A program made the translations under genes and the position numbers. A stretch of 64,000 nt of DNA from an uncultured Alphaproteobacteria bacterium (GTDB taxonomy: Bacteria; Pseudomonadota; Alphaproteobacteria; HIMB59; GCA-002718135), in NCBI GenBank assembly GCA_902553945.1, contig CACDMT010000003.1, forward strand, positions 9,332 through 73,331. The letters are read 5' to 3'. The notes beneath the pieces are model-generated. The model saw only the letters and a program-made list of their open reading frames with translations. It was not told where the DNA came from and made no database searches. Positions 1 to 7,623 of the stretch are shown here, in pieces; the first letter of the stretch is position 1, and each line of letters begins with the position of its first letter.

Positions 1-2
1 TA

Positions 3-143
3 GAAGAAGGTCATAGTATAACTGACATAGATTTAATAGATAATAATAATATATTATTTACAATTAAAAATAATAATGAAATTTATGCTATAATATATGA
101 TATAAATAATGAAAAAGTTAACAAAATATTTAAAAAGAAATGA
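3..143 (+). CDS. 3' end of an upstream CDS entering the window (product unknown)
   Basis: Frame 3 is open from the window edge (EEGHSITDIDLIDNNN...KIFKKK) and stops at TGA 141-143, giving an ATGA overlap with the xseB start at 140. No recognisable domain in the 46 visible residues. Confidence 0.35.
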   Translation, partial: EEGHSITDIDLIDNNNILFTIKNNNEIYAIIYDINNEKVNKIFKKK

Positions 144-361
144 AGACAGATAAAAATAACTTTGAAACTAATTTAAGGAAGTTAGAACAAATTGTTGATA
201 AACTGGAAAATGGTGAAGTTGATTTAGAGGAATCAGTAAAACTTTATGAAGAAGGAATGAAGTTAAAAAAAAGCTGTGAAGAAAAATTAAAAAGTATTGA
301 GAGTCAGATAAATAAAATAAAATTAGATAATAAAAAAATTTCAAAAGAAGATTTTAAATAA
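140..361 (+). CDS. xseB: exodeoxyribonuclease VII small subunit
   Basis: 73-aa ORF. Its N-terminal FE..L..LE.IV..LE.GE..LEES...YE.G pattern and size are typical of XseB. Confidence 0.85.
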   Translation: MKTDKNNFETNLRKLEQIVDKLENGEVDLEESVKLYEEGMKLKKSCEEKLKSIESQINKIKLDNKKISKEDFK

Positions 362-372
362 TTTTACAAATT

Positions 373-1140
373 TTGAGTAAAAAAATAAAAATTAGATTAG
401 ATCAATTATTAGTAAAAAAAAAGTTAATTGACTCTAAAAGTAAAGCTCAATCTATAATTATGGCAGGTCAAGTATCAGTAAATGATAAAATTATTACAAA
501 AAGTGGTAATGCTTTTTCTGAAAACTCAAATATAATTATAAAAAAACTTCATCCAAACTGGGTTTCTAGAGGTGCCATAAAACTTTTAAAAGCTTTAGAA
601 TTTTTTAAAATAGATATAAAAAATAAAATATGTCTAGACATTGGTTCATCAACAGGAGGTTTCTCACAAGTTTTATTAAAACAAGAGGCTAAAAAAATAT
701 TTTCTGTTGATGTTGGGACAAATCAACTACATGAAAAATTAAGAAAAGAAAAAAAAATAATTAGTATTGAAAATTATAATGCGAAATATTTAAACAATTC
801 TATAATTACTGAAGAGATTAATCTAATTGTCTGTGATGTAAGCTTTATAAGTTTAAAAAAAGTTATTTATCCAAATTTAAAACTTTTATCAAATAATTCT
901 GAAATTATTGCCTTGATAAAACCACAGTTTGAAACTCAAAAACAAAATTTACGCAAAGGAGTAGTAAAAGATAATTCTATTCATAAAAAAGTTTGTGAAG
1001 ATATAGAAAATTGGTTTATACAAAAATGTCATGCTAAAGTTATAGGAATAACAAAAAGCCCAATTATTGGACCAAAAGGAAATATAGAATTTTTAATTTA
1101 TTGTAAATTTAAAGATACCTTAAACAATGATCAGCAATAG
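373..1140 (+). CDS. tlyA: TlyA-family 16S/23S rRNA (cytidine-2'-O)-methyltransferase
   Basis: TTG start. S4-like N-terminus ([25 protein letters not shown]) followed by FtsJ-type SAM motif [15 protein letters not shown]. 255 aa. Confidence 0.85.
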   Translation: MSKKIKIRLDQLLVKKKLIDSKSKAQSIIMAGQVSVNDKIITKSGNAFSENSNIIIKKLHPNWVSRGAIKLLKALEFFKIDIKNKICLDIGSSTGGFSQVLLKQEAKKIFSVDVGTNQLHEKLRKEKKIISIENYNAKYLNNSIITEEINLIVCDVSFISLKKVIYPNLKLLSNNSEIIALIKPQFETQKQNLRKGVVKDNSIHKKVCEDIENWFIQKCHAKVIGITKSPIIGPKGNIEFLIYCKFKDTLNNDQQ

Positions 1141-2179
1141 TAGTTGCTACCATTGCTTCACCTACAGGAACCGCTCTTATTCCCACACATGGATCATGAC
1201 GGCCCTTTGTAGAAATAGTTGTATCTTTCATTTTATCATTAATTGTTTTTTTGACAGATAGTATTGAGCTCGTTGGTTTTACAACAAATCTACATATTAA
1301 ATCTTGTCCAGTTGTTATACCTCCAAGAATGCCTCCATTATTATTTGATAAGAATGTTGGTTTGCCATTTTTTATTTTCATTTCATCAACATTTGTAATT
1401 CCACTTTCATATACACTATTAAAACCATTTCCAATTTCAACACCTTTTACAGCATTTATTGTCATTAAAGCTTTTGCAATATCAGAGTCAATCTTCTCAT
1501 AAATTGGCTCTCCTAATCCAGCTGGTAAACCTTTTACTCTTATTTCAATTATTGCACCAAGAGATGAACCATTTTTTCTGGCATTATTAATATCTTTTTC
1601 CCAAGTTTTAATTATTTTTTTATCAGGACTCCAAAAATCATTCTTTAAAATAAAATTATCATCCCAATTTTTATAATTTATTTTTTGTGTACCAATCTGA
1701 ATTAATGCACCTGTAATTTTTACCTTATTTTTTATTTTTTTTTCAATTATTTTTCTAGCTACTGCACCTGCTGCAACTCGCATTGCAGTTTCTCTAGCAC
1801 TAGATCTACCTCCACCTCTATAGTCTCTAATTCCATATTTAATCCAATAAGTATAATCAGCATGTCCAGGTCTAAATTTGTTTTTAATATTTGAATAATC
1901 TTTTGATCGATGATCTTGATTATAAATAATTAATGAAATAGGATGTCCAGTTGTCTTGCCTTCAAAAGTTCCAGACAATATTTCTACAATATCTTTTTCT
2001 TTTCTTTGAGTGGTATATTTAGATTGTCCAGGTTTTCTTTTTTCTAAATATGGTTGAATATCTTTTTCTGTTAATTTTATATTTGATGGGACACCATCTA
2101 AAACACAACCTATTGCTTTTCCATGACTTTCGCCCCAGGTAATATAATTAAAAATTTTTCCAATAGAATTTGATGTCAT
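1109..2179 (-). CDS. aroC: chorismate synthase
   Basis: 356 aa. GESHG near the N-terminus, [20 protein letters not shown] and GRHDPCVG motifs are all present. Confidence 0.95.
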   Translation of the reverse strand: MTSNSIGKIFNYITWGESHGKAIGCVLDGVPSNIKLTEKDIQPYLEKRKPGQSKYTTQRKEKDIVEILSGTFEGKTTGHPISLIIYNQDHRSKDYSNIKNKFRPGHADYTYWIKYGIRDYRGGGRSSARETAMRVAAGAVARKIIEKKIKNKVKITGALIQIGTQKINYKNWDDNFILKNDFWSPDKKIIKTWEKDINNARKNGSSLGAIIEIRVKGLPAGLGEPIYEKIDSDIAKALMTINAVKGVEIGNGFNSVYESGITNVDEMKIKNGKPTFLSNNNGGILGGITTGQDLICRFVVKPTSSILSVKKTINDKMKDTTISTKGRHDPCVGIRAVPVGEAMVATTIADHCLRYL

Positions 2180-3003
2180 TTTTTAGAATTTTTAAATTCC
2201 CCAAGTAATTCCGAAACACCTTCAGTTTCATCAACAGCAACCATTCCAACAGTATGATAGCCACAATCAACATGTTGAATTTCACCAGTAACAGCACTCC
2301 CTAGATCACTTAATAAATAAAGGGCTGAGTTTCCAACATCTTGTTGATTAACATTTCTTTTTAAAGGAGCATTTAGTTCATTCCATTTTAAAATAAATCT
2401 AAAATCCCCAATTCCAGATGCTGCTAATGTTTTAATAGGACCTGCACTTATTGCATTAACTCTTATATTTTTTTCACCTAGATCTACCGCTAAGTATCTA
2501 ACACTTGCTTCTAATGCTGCTTTTGCAACTCCCATAACATTATAATGTGGCATAACTTGTTCAGACCCGTAATAAGTCAAAGTTAAAATGGAACCTCCAT
2601 TGTTCATTAGACTTTCAGCAAGTCTGCAAGATTCTGTAAATGAATAGCAAGATATATGCATCGTCTGTTTAAAGTTTTCGGATGAAGTATTATAGTATTT
2701 ACCCCTCAATTCATCTTTGTTTGAATATCCTATTCCATGAACAAGAAAATCAAGTTCACCCCATTTATCTTTAAGAATTGAAAAAACATTTTTCATACTC
2801 GCTGAATCAGAAACATCACAAGGAATTATCGTATCTGATCCAATTTCATTGGCAAGTGGCTCAACTCTTTTTTTTAGAGCTTCACCCTGATAAGTTAGAG
2901 CAATTTCAGCTCCGTGTTCTGCTAATTTTTTTGCTATACCCCATGCAATTGATCTATCATTTGCTACTCCCATTATTAGACCTTTTTTATTTTGCATTAA
3001 CAT
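2176..3003 (-). CDS. fabI: enoyl-[acyl-carrier-protein] reductase (NADH), FabI
   Basis: The homologous region starts at [25 protein letters not shown] (ATG 3003). SDR fold with the FabI-type Y..M....K segment ([14 protein letters not shown]). The 28 upstream codons of the ORF track are low-complexity AT-rich read-through. Confidence 0.9.
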   Translation of the reverse strand: MLMQNKKGLIMGVANDRSIAWGIAKKLAEHGAEIALTYQGEALKKRVEPLANEIGSDTIIPCDVSDSASMKNVFSILKDKWGELDFLVHGIGYSNKDELRGKYYNTSSENFKQTMHISCYSFTESCRLAESLMNNGGSILTLTYYGSEQVMPHYNVMGVAKAALEASVRYLAVDLGEKNIRVNAISAGPIKTLAASGIGDFRFILKWNELNAPLKRNVNQQDVGNSALYLLSDLGSAVTGEIQHVDCGYHTVGMVAVDETEGVSELLGEFKNSKK

Positions 3004-3072
3004 AGTGTAAATCAGTGTTTTTTTATAAATATAGATATATATACTTATATAATTAATAATCATATCTCTAAT

Positions 3073-3678
3073 ATGTCTGAAGAGCAAAATTTAATTAATT
3101 CTAATAAAAAACCATTAGACTTATTTAAAGAATGGTTTGAAGAAGCAAAAAAAAGTGAAATTAATGATCCCAACGCAATGAATCTTGCAACCATATCAAA
3201 TGAAGGAAAACCTAGCTCCAGAATTGTTTTACTAAAATCTTATGATGAAAATGGATTTGTATTTTATACTAATTCAAACAGCAAGAAGGGTAAAGCAATT
3301 TTCAGCAATACTAATGTTGCTCTAAACTTTCATTGGAAATCTCTAAATAAACAAATAAGAATTGAAGGCACAGTAACTATTATATCTGATACTGAAGCTA
3401 ATGATTATTATAATTCTAGGCCACATGGAAGTAAGATAGGTGCTTGGGCTTCATTACAATCAGAGGAATTAAATAATAGAAATATATTAATTAATAGAGT
3501 GGAAGATTATAAAAAAAAATTTCAGAATAAAAATGTGCCAAGACCATCTCACTGGAATGGATATTTAGTTAAACCTAATCTCATAGAGTTTTGGCAAGAT
3601 ATGCCTTTTAGACTTCACGATAGACTTGAGTTTATAAAAAATAAAGAAAATTGGGTATCAAGAAAACTCTATCCTTAA
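3073..3678 (+). CDS. pdxH: pyridoxamine 5'-phosphate oxidase
   Basis: 201 aa. SSRIVLLK, IRIEG and the C-terminal EFWQ....RLHDRLEF....W...KLYP signature of PdxH. Confidence 0.93.
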   Translation: MSEEQNLINSNKKPLDLFKEWFEEAKKSEINDPNAMNLATISNEGKPSSRIVLLKSYDENGFVFYTNSNSKKGKAIFSNTNVALNFHWKSLNKQIRIEGTVTIISDTEANDYYNSRPHGSKIGAWASLQSEELNNRNILINRVEDYKKKFQNKNVPRPSHWNGYLVKPNLIEFWQDMPFRLHDRLEFIKNKENWVSRKLYP

Positions 3679-4109
3679 TTTTTATCTACCCATTTTTTTA
3701 ATATCCAAGAACTAGAATTTGATTTATTTGACCCTCCTATTGCCCATAAAAGTTCAATATTATTCTTATTACAATAAACTGACTCTGGTGTAGATTCATT
3801 ATTTCTATCACCCCCATTAGCAAATTTAATTTTAGAATTATTGTATTTTTTAATAGCTTTATCTATTCCATCTATGCATGTTTCATCAACATTTCCACAA
3901 CTGATAACATCAATAACATTTTTTAATTCCATCATAATTATTTTTCTTTCTTTAAAGGAGAGAAATTCAATACCTTTTTTATTTTGTAGCCATTTATCAG
4001 AATTTAGTAAAACGACTACCATGCCATGATTACTTGCATCTTGAATTAACTTTATATGCCCACTATGCAAAGGATCAAAGCCTCCACTTACAAGAACTAT
4101 ATTATCCAT
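3675..4109 (-). CDS. small stand-alone cytidylyl/adenylyltransferase-family protein (HxGH nucleotidyltransferase), substrate unknown
   Basis: 144 aa. VLVSGGFDPLHSGHIKLI is the (T/H)xGH motif of the cytidylyltransferase superfamily. It also has NSD...K.G and ANGGDR...TPE segments, as in RfaE domain II/TagD-like enzymes. Confidence 0.7.
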   Translation of the reverse strand: MDNIVLVSGGFDPLHSGHIKLIQDASNHGMVVVLLNSDKWLQNKKGIEFLSFKERKIIMMELKNVIDVISCGNVDETCIDGIDKAIKKYNNSKIKFANGGDRNNESTPESVYCNKNNIELLWAIGGSNKSNSSSWILKKWVDKN

Positions 4110-4737
4110 ATTTCATTCTCCAACTATCTGGATCTGATAAAAATTCCTTTAAATTTAATATATCTGTTTCACTAAAAATATTTTCCATTTCTATATACCT
4201 AATAATATCTTTCCATGTACATAAAGAGTGTATTGAAACATCTAATTTAGATAGCTCAGATGATTTAAAATTAAAAATATCATAGTAAAATATTACAAAG
4301 ATATCTTTTACTTTTAATCCCGCTTCTCTTAAAGCGTTAACAAATATTATTTTGCTTCCTCCATCAGTTGCTAAATCCTCTATAAGAATGGTATTTTGAT
4401 TTTTTGTAAAATTACCCTCTATTTGTTTATTTATACCAAATCCTTTGGGTTTTTTTCTAATATATATCATAGGTTTCTCTAATTTATCAGACAAGTAAGA
4501 AGCATATGGTATACCAGCTGTTTCACCTCCTGCTAAAAGATCAAAATTTAATTTATTATTTTTAAAGTAATCTATAGCCTTACTAAATATAACCTCTCTT
4601 TCTTTTACATAAGAAATAATTCTTCTACAATCAACGTATACTGGACTTTTCAATCCAGATGTAAGAGTGAAAGGATTATTAAATGAGAAGTTAACAGATT
4701 TTATATCAATTAATATTTTAGCAATCTCTATCGACAT
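4102..4737 (-). CDS. pyrE: orotate phosphoribosyltransferase
   Basis: 211 aa. PRPP-binding loop ILIEDLATDGGSKI and the upstream GGETAGIPYA and IRKKPKGFG...IEG segments are typical of PyrE. Confidence 0.88.
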   Translation of the reverse strand: MSIEIAKILIDIKSVNFSFNNPFTLTSGLKSPVYVDCRRIISYVKEREVIFSKAIDYFKNNKLNFDLLAGGETAGIPYASYLSDKLEKPMIYIRKKPKGFGINKQIEGNFTKNQNTILIEDLATDGGSKIIFVNALREAGLKVKDIFVIFYYDIFNFKSSELSKLDVSIHSLCTWKDIIRYIEMENIFSETDILNLKEFLSDPDSWRMKYG

Positions 4738-4739
4738 TT

Positions 4740-5216
4740 TTAAGTGATTTGGGATATGTGCTCTTCAGAAAAGTTTCCCGGTACAATCATAATAGGTACC
4801 CTCAAATTTGTTATTTCATTACTTACTAAAGATGTAATAATAGGACCTGGATCTTTACTTTTTTCATCACTTTTGGCAGCAAGAACTAAAACATTAATAT
4901 TTTTTTCCTCGTCAATTAATTTTTTTAATTCTGAAATTGTTTCTCCTTCTCTTAGGGATAAAGCGGGAAGTTCACCTGTTTTATTTTTTACAAATGATGC
5001 TGCCTCTTTTAGTTTTTTTTCAGCTTCATCTCTTGCTTCATTTTTCATTATTTCTGACACCCCTTGAGTTGTTAAAACATCAATTGGTTCAACAAATGTT
5101 GCTATAATAATTTTTCTTCCAGTTTTTTTTGATCTAGCACAAGCATATTCTAGAGCAATATGCACTTCACTTGAATTATCTGCTACAACTAAAATATATC
5201 TATCATCTGACATCAT
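4740..5216 (-). CDS. universal stress protein (UspA family)
   Basis: 158 aa. ILVVADNSSE...AL.YA N-terminus and a C-terminal G......S.......VPIMIVPG ATP-binding-like segment. Confidence 0.8.
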   Translation of the reverse strand: MMSDDRYILVVADNSSEVHIALEYACARSKKTGRKIIIATFVEPIDVLTTQGVSEIMKNEARDEAEKKLKEAASFVKNKTGELPALSLREGETISELKKLIDEEKNINVLVLAAKSDEKSKDPGPIITSLVSNEITNLRVPIMIVPGNFSEEHISQIT

Positions 5217-5956
5217 AATCTCCTAAACAATGTAGCTGCAATAAGGCCCGAAAGTATTGCAAAAATTATCGTAAAGAAACCATATGCTGCAGAATTACTA
5301 TTTGCAAATTTATATATATCGTTACCTATACCTGATTTTTCAATTTTAATTTTTTTATCTTCTTTGCTAATAATTGTTTTATTTCTAACATGATAAACCG
5401 AAACTGTATAATCACCAGGTGTTGTTGTAGCTGGAAAATAAACACTTGTTTGAAATAATTTTTTTTTAAATTTCTTCATTTCAAATTCATTATAAAAAAG
5501 CTTTTCTTTTTTAATTCTAATAAAGTTTTCTATCCATATATCTTGATCATTTTCAAATGCAAAATTTTGATTATAGTTTTTATTTCTTAAAATTCCATCA
5601 AAACTAAGATTTTCCTGAATTAACTTTGATTCTGGTAAAATATTTTCAATTTTGTTAGTAGATGCTAAAAAAAATATATTAGGAACATTACTGTATGTTA
5701 TTCGTTTGCTATTAAACCAAACACCAAAGTATCTATCTTTTTTTTGTATTTTTAACTTTTTGTTTGGTCCTCTAATTGCTAAAATTGTATCATGATCATC
5801 TTCCAATAATCCAAAAATAATAATTTCTTTTCCATCGAAATTAGTTTCAATCTTGATTTTATCCTGTGATAAATCAAAATATGTTTCTTGTGAATATGCA
5901 TAAAAAGTAACAAAACTTGCTATAAAAAAAATTTTAATAAAAACTATTTTTTTCAT
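5213..5956 (-). CDS. alphaproteobacterial signal-peptide/C-terminal-TM protein of unknown function (Alph_Pro_TM-like)
   Basis: Start placed at MKKIVFIKIFFIASFVTFYAYS (signal-peptide-like), one nt after the stop of the upstream gene. It has a single C-terminal TM helix (AAYGFFTIIFAILSGLIAATLF). The family assignment is from memory of the ~250-270 aa alphaproteobacteria-restricted family. Confidence 0.6.
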   Translation of the reverse strand: MKKIVFIKIFFIASFVTFYAYSQETYFDLSQDKIKIETNFDGKEIIIFGLLEDDHDTILAIRGPNKKLKIQKKDRYFGVWFNSKRITYSNVPNIFFLASTNKIENILPESKLIQENLSFDGILRNKNYNQNFAFENDQDIWIENFIRIKKEKLFYNEFEMKKFKKKLFQTSVYFPATTTPGDYTVSVYHVRNKTIISKEDKKIKIEKSGIGNDIYKFANSNSAAYGFFTIIFAILSGLIAATLFRRL

Positions 5957-5957
5957 T

Positions 5958-6893
5958 TTAATTTTTGTTTCCATAATAAAGTCCGACAACATGTTTTGAT
6001 TGGATAAAAAATAAATATCTTTCAATAATCATACCTATCAAAGCTAAAACAAATACAATAATCATTGATATTTTTATAATAAATGGATCGGTCACTAAAG
6101 AAGAGTATTGGTTAATCATATAAATAGGTGTTATGAATGATAAAACACAAAAAACTATTCTAAGTAAATTGCTATTTTGTATGCGAATTGTATTTATCAT
6201 CTCTGTAGTTAAATAGTTTTTACCAGTATGTGGACCTTCAAAGAAAGTAATACCATTACTTTTAATACCAATGGCAGTTTCAATATTGGTATTAGATTTT
6301 TTTCGAACAGATATCCAATAAATAATCTTCGAAAGAAAATTTAATAAAATAATTATGTAAATAAATTTTTCAAATAAATTTAAATTATAGTTAAAGTAAA
6401 AATTTAATGAATATACAAATAACGACCCAAGTGTAATTCCATTTAATATATATATTGGTGTTACCAAGGGATTATTCCATGATGGAATCGTTTTTAATGA
6501 AGCATACATTTGACCTGTACAAAAAATAGTAATAATTGAAAAAAAACTTGTTAAAATTAATAATAAAATATATCCGCTTATATTTATTATCCAAAAGTAG
6601 TAAAATAAAATCATTGGAATGAAGGTAATTACCGCAGCTAAACCTTCTCTAGATAACCATGAAGTTTTCCATTGGCTAAATGCTCTCCATGCTCTTTCAG
6701 GATGACCTAAGTGAAGTGTAGAGCTTAATAACCCAGTTACTATCATAAGAAAACTTGCTAATGATAAGAATAACTTATATTCAAGATTGTATGAAATCTC
6801 TACAAATAATACATTAAATAATAGACCTATAAATATTCCATATCCTGTACCTGATATAACGGTAAAAAAAATAATTGATTTACTCGGATGCAC
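5958..6893 (-). CDS. soeC: DmsC/NrfD-like membrane anchor subunit of Mo-oxidoreductase (SoeC-like)
   Basis: 311 aa with about 8 hydrophobic helices. The N-terminus MHPSKSIIFFTVISGTGYG is typical of DmsC-type anchors. It overlaps the Fe-S subunit gene by 14 nt. Confidence 0.6.
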   Translation of the reverse strand: MHPSKSIIFFTVISGTGYGIFIGLLFNVLFVEISYNLEYKLFLSLASFLMIVTGLLSSTLHLGHPERAWRAFSQWKTSWLSREGLAAVITFIPMILFYYFWIINISGYILLLILTSFFSIITIFCTGQMYASLKTIPSWNNPLVTPIYILNGITLGSLFVYSLNFYFNYNLNLFEKFIYIIILLNFLSKIIYWISVRKKSNTNIETAIGIKSNGITFFEGPHTGKNYLTTEMINTIRIQNSNLLRIVFCVLSFITPIYMINQYSSLVTDPFIIKISMIIVFVLALIGMIIERYLFFIQSKHVVGLYYGNKN

Positions 6894-7620
6894 CTTGTAC
6901 CTGCTCTATCCAATCTTCAAAATCTTGGTCTTCATCTTTTGATATAGGTTTTAATTCTTTATTTTTAAAAATATCTTTATTTAACTTTGGAGGTAAATAT
7001 TTATTAACTGGTTTACAATCTTGCTCTGGCATTAAATTGTAACCCTCTCTTTCAGAAACTAACTTGACAATTTCAGAATTTTCATCACCTAAGTCTCCAA
7101 AACTTCTTGCCCCTGTTGGACAGCTAGAAACACATGCTGGAACCCTTTCATTCTCTGGTAGATTTTCATTATAAATTTTATCAACACAAAGAGTACATTT
7201 TTTCATTACACCTGCAGTTTCATCATATTCCCTTGCTCCATATGGACAAGCCCATGAACAAAGCTTACACCCAATGCATGTTTCTGCATTTACTAAAACA
7301 ATACCATCTTCATCTCTTTTGTAAGAAGCTCCGGTTGGACATACACTTACACATGGAGCATCTTCACAATGCAAACAACTTTTAGGAAAGTGAACTGTTT
7401 TTGATCCTTTTACTTCTGTTTCTACTTCAAAAGTGTGAATTCTATTAAACCAAACACCAGTAGGATCATCTCCATAAGGTTCAACATCGTGCAAAGGAGA
7501 AGAATGACCCGAAGTGTTCCATTCTTTACAATTTACAGCACATGCATGACACCCAACACATATATCCAAATCAATAACTAGCCCTAATTTTTTATTAGTT
7601 TTTTTTGGTAGTTCAGTCAT
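6880..7620 (-). CDS. soeB: 4Fe-4S ferredoxin-type subunit of Mo-oxidoreductase (DmsB/SoeB-like)
   Basis: 246 aa. Four Cys clusters (CVGCHACAVNC, CLHCEDAPCVSVCP, CIGCKLCSWACP, CTLC...C.SSCP). Confidence 0.65.
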   Translation of the reverse strand: MTELPKKTNKKLGLVIDLDICVGCHACAVNCKEWNTSGHSSPLHDVEPYGDDPTGVWFNRIHTFEVETEVKGSKTVHFPKSCLHCEDAPCVSVCPTGASYKRDEDGIVLVNAETCIGCKLCSWACPYGAREYDETAGVMKKCTLCVDKIYNENLPENERVPACVSSCPTGARSFGDLGDENSEIVKLVSEREGYNLMPEQDCKPVNKYLPPKLNKDIFKNKELKPISKDEDQDFEDWIEQVQGASE

Positions 7621-7623
7621 AAT

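Noticed and set aside
3004-3087. N-terminal 28-codon extension of the fabI ORF (MLFRHIRDMIINYISIYIYIYKKTLIYT).
   Set aside because: It is a low-complexity translation of a (TA)n-rich divergent promoter region. FabI homology begins at [13 protein letters not shown], and the extension would overlap the pdxH start.
5957-6025. Upstream extensions produced by alternative starts that overlap the preceding gene. The affected ORFs are 5213..6025, nusG from 23074, rplD from 38203, rpsN from 43367, rplR from 44600, rpoB from 25900 and fdsA from 17310.
   Set aside because: In each case a downstream ATG lies just after the previous stop. It is often preceded by a Shine-Dalgarno-like purine run and gives the N-terminus seen in homologues.
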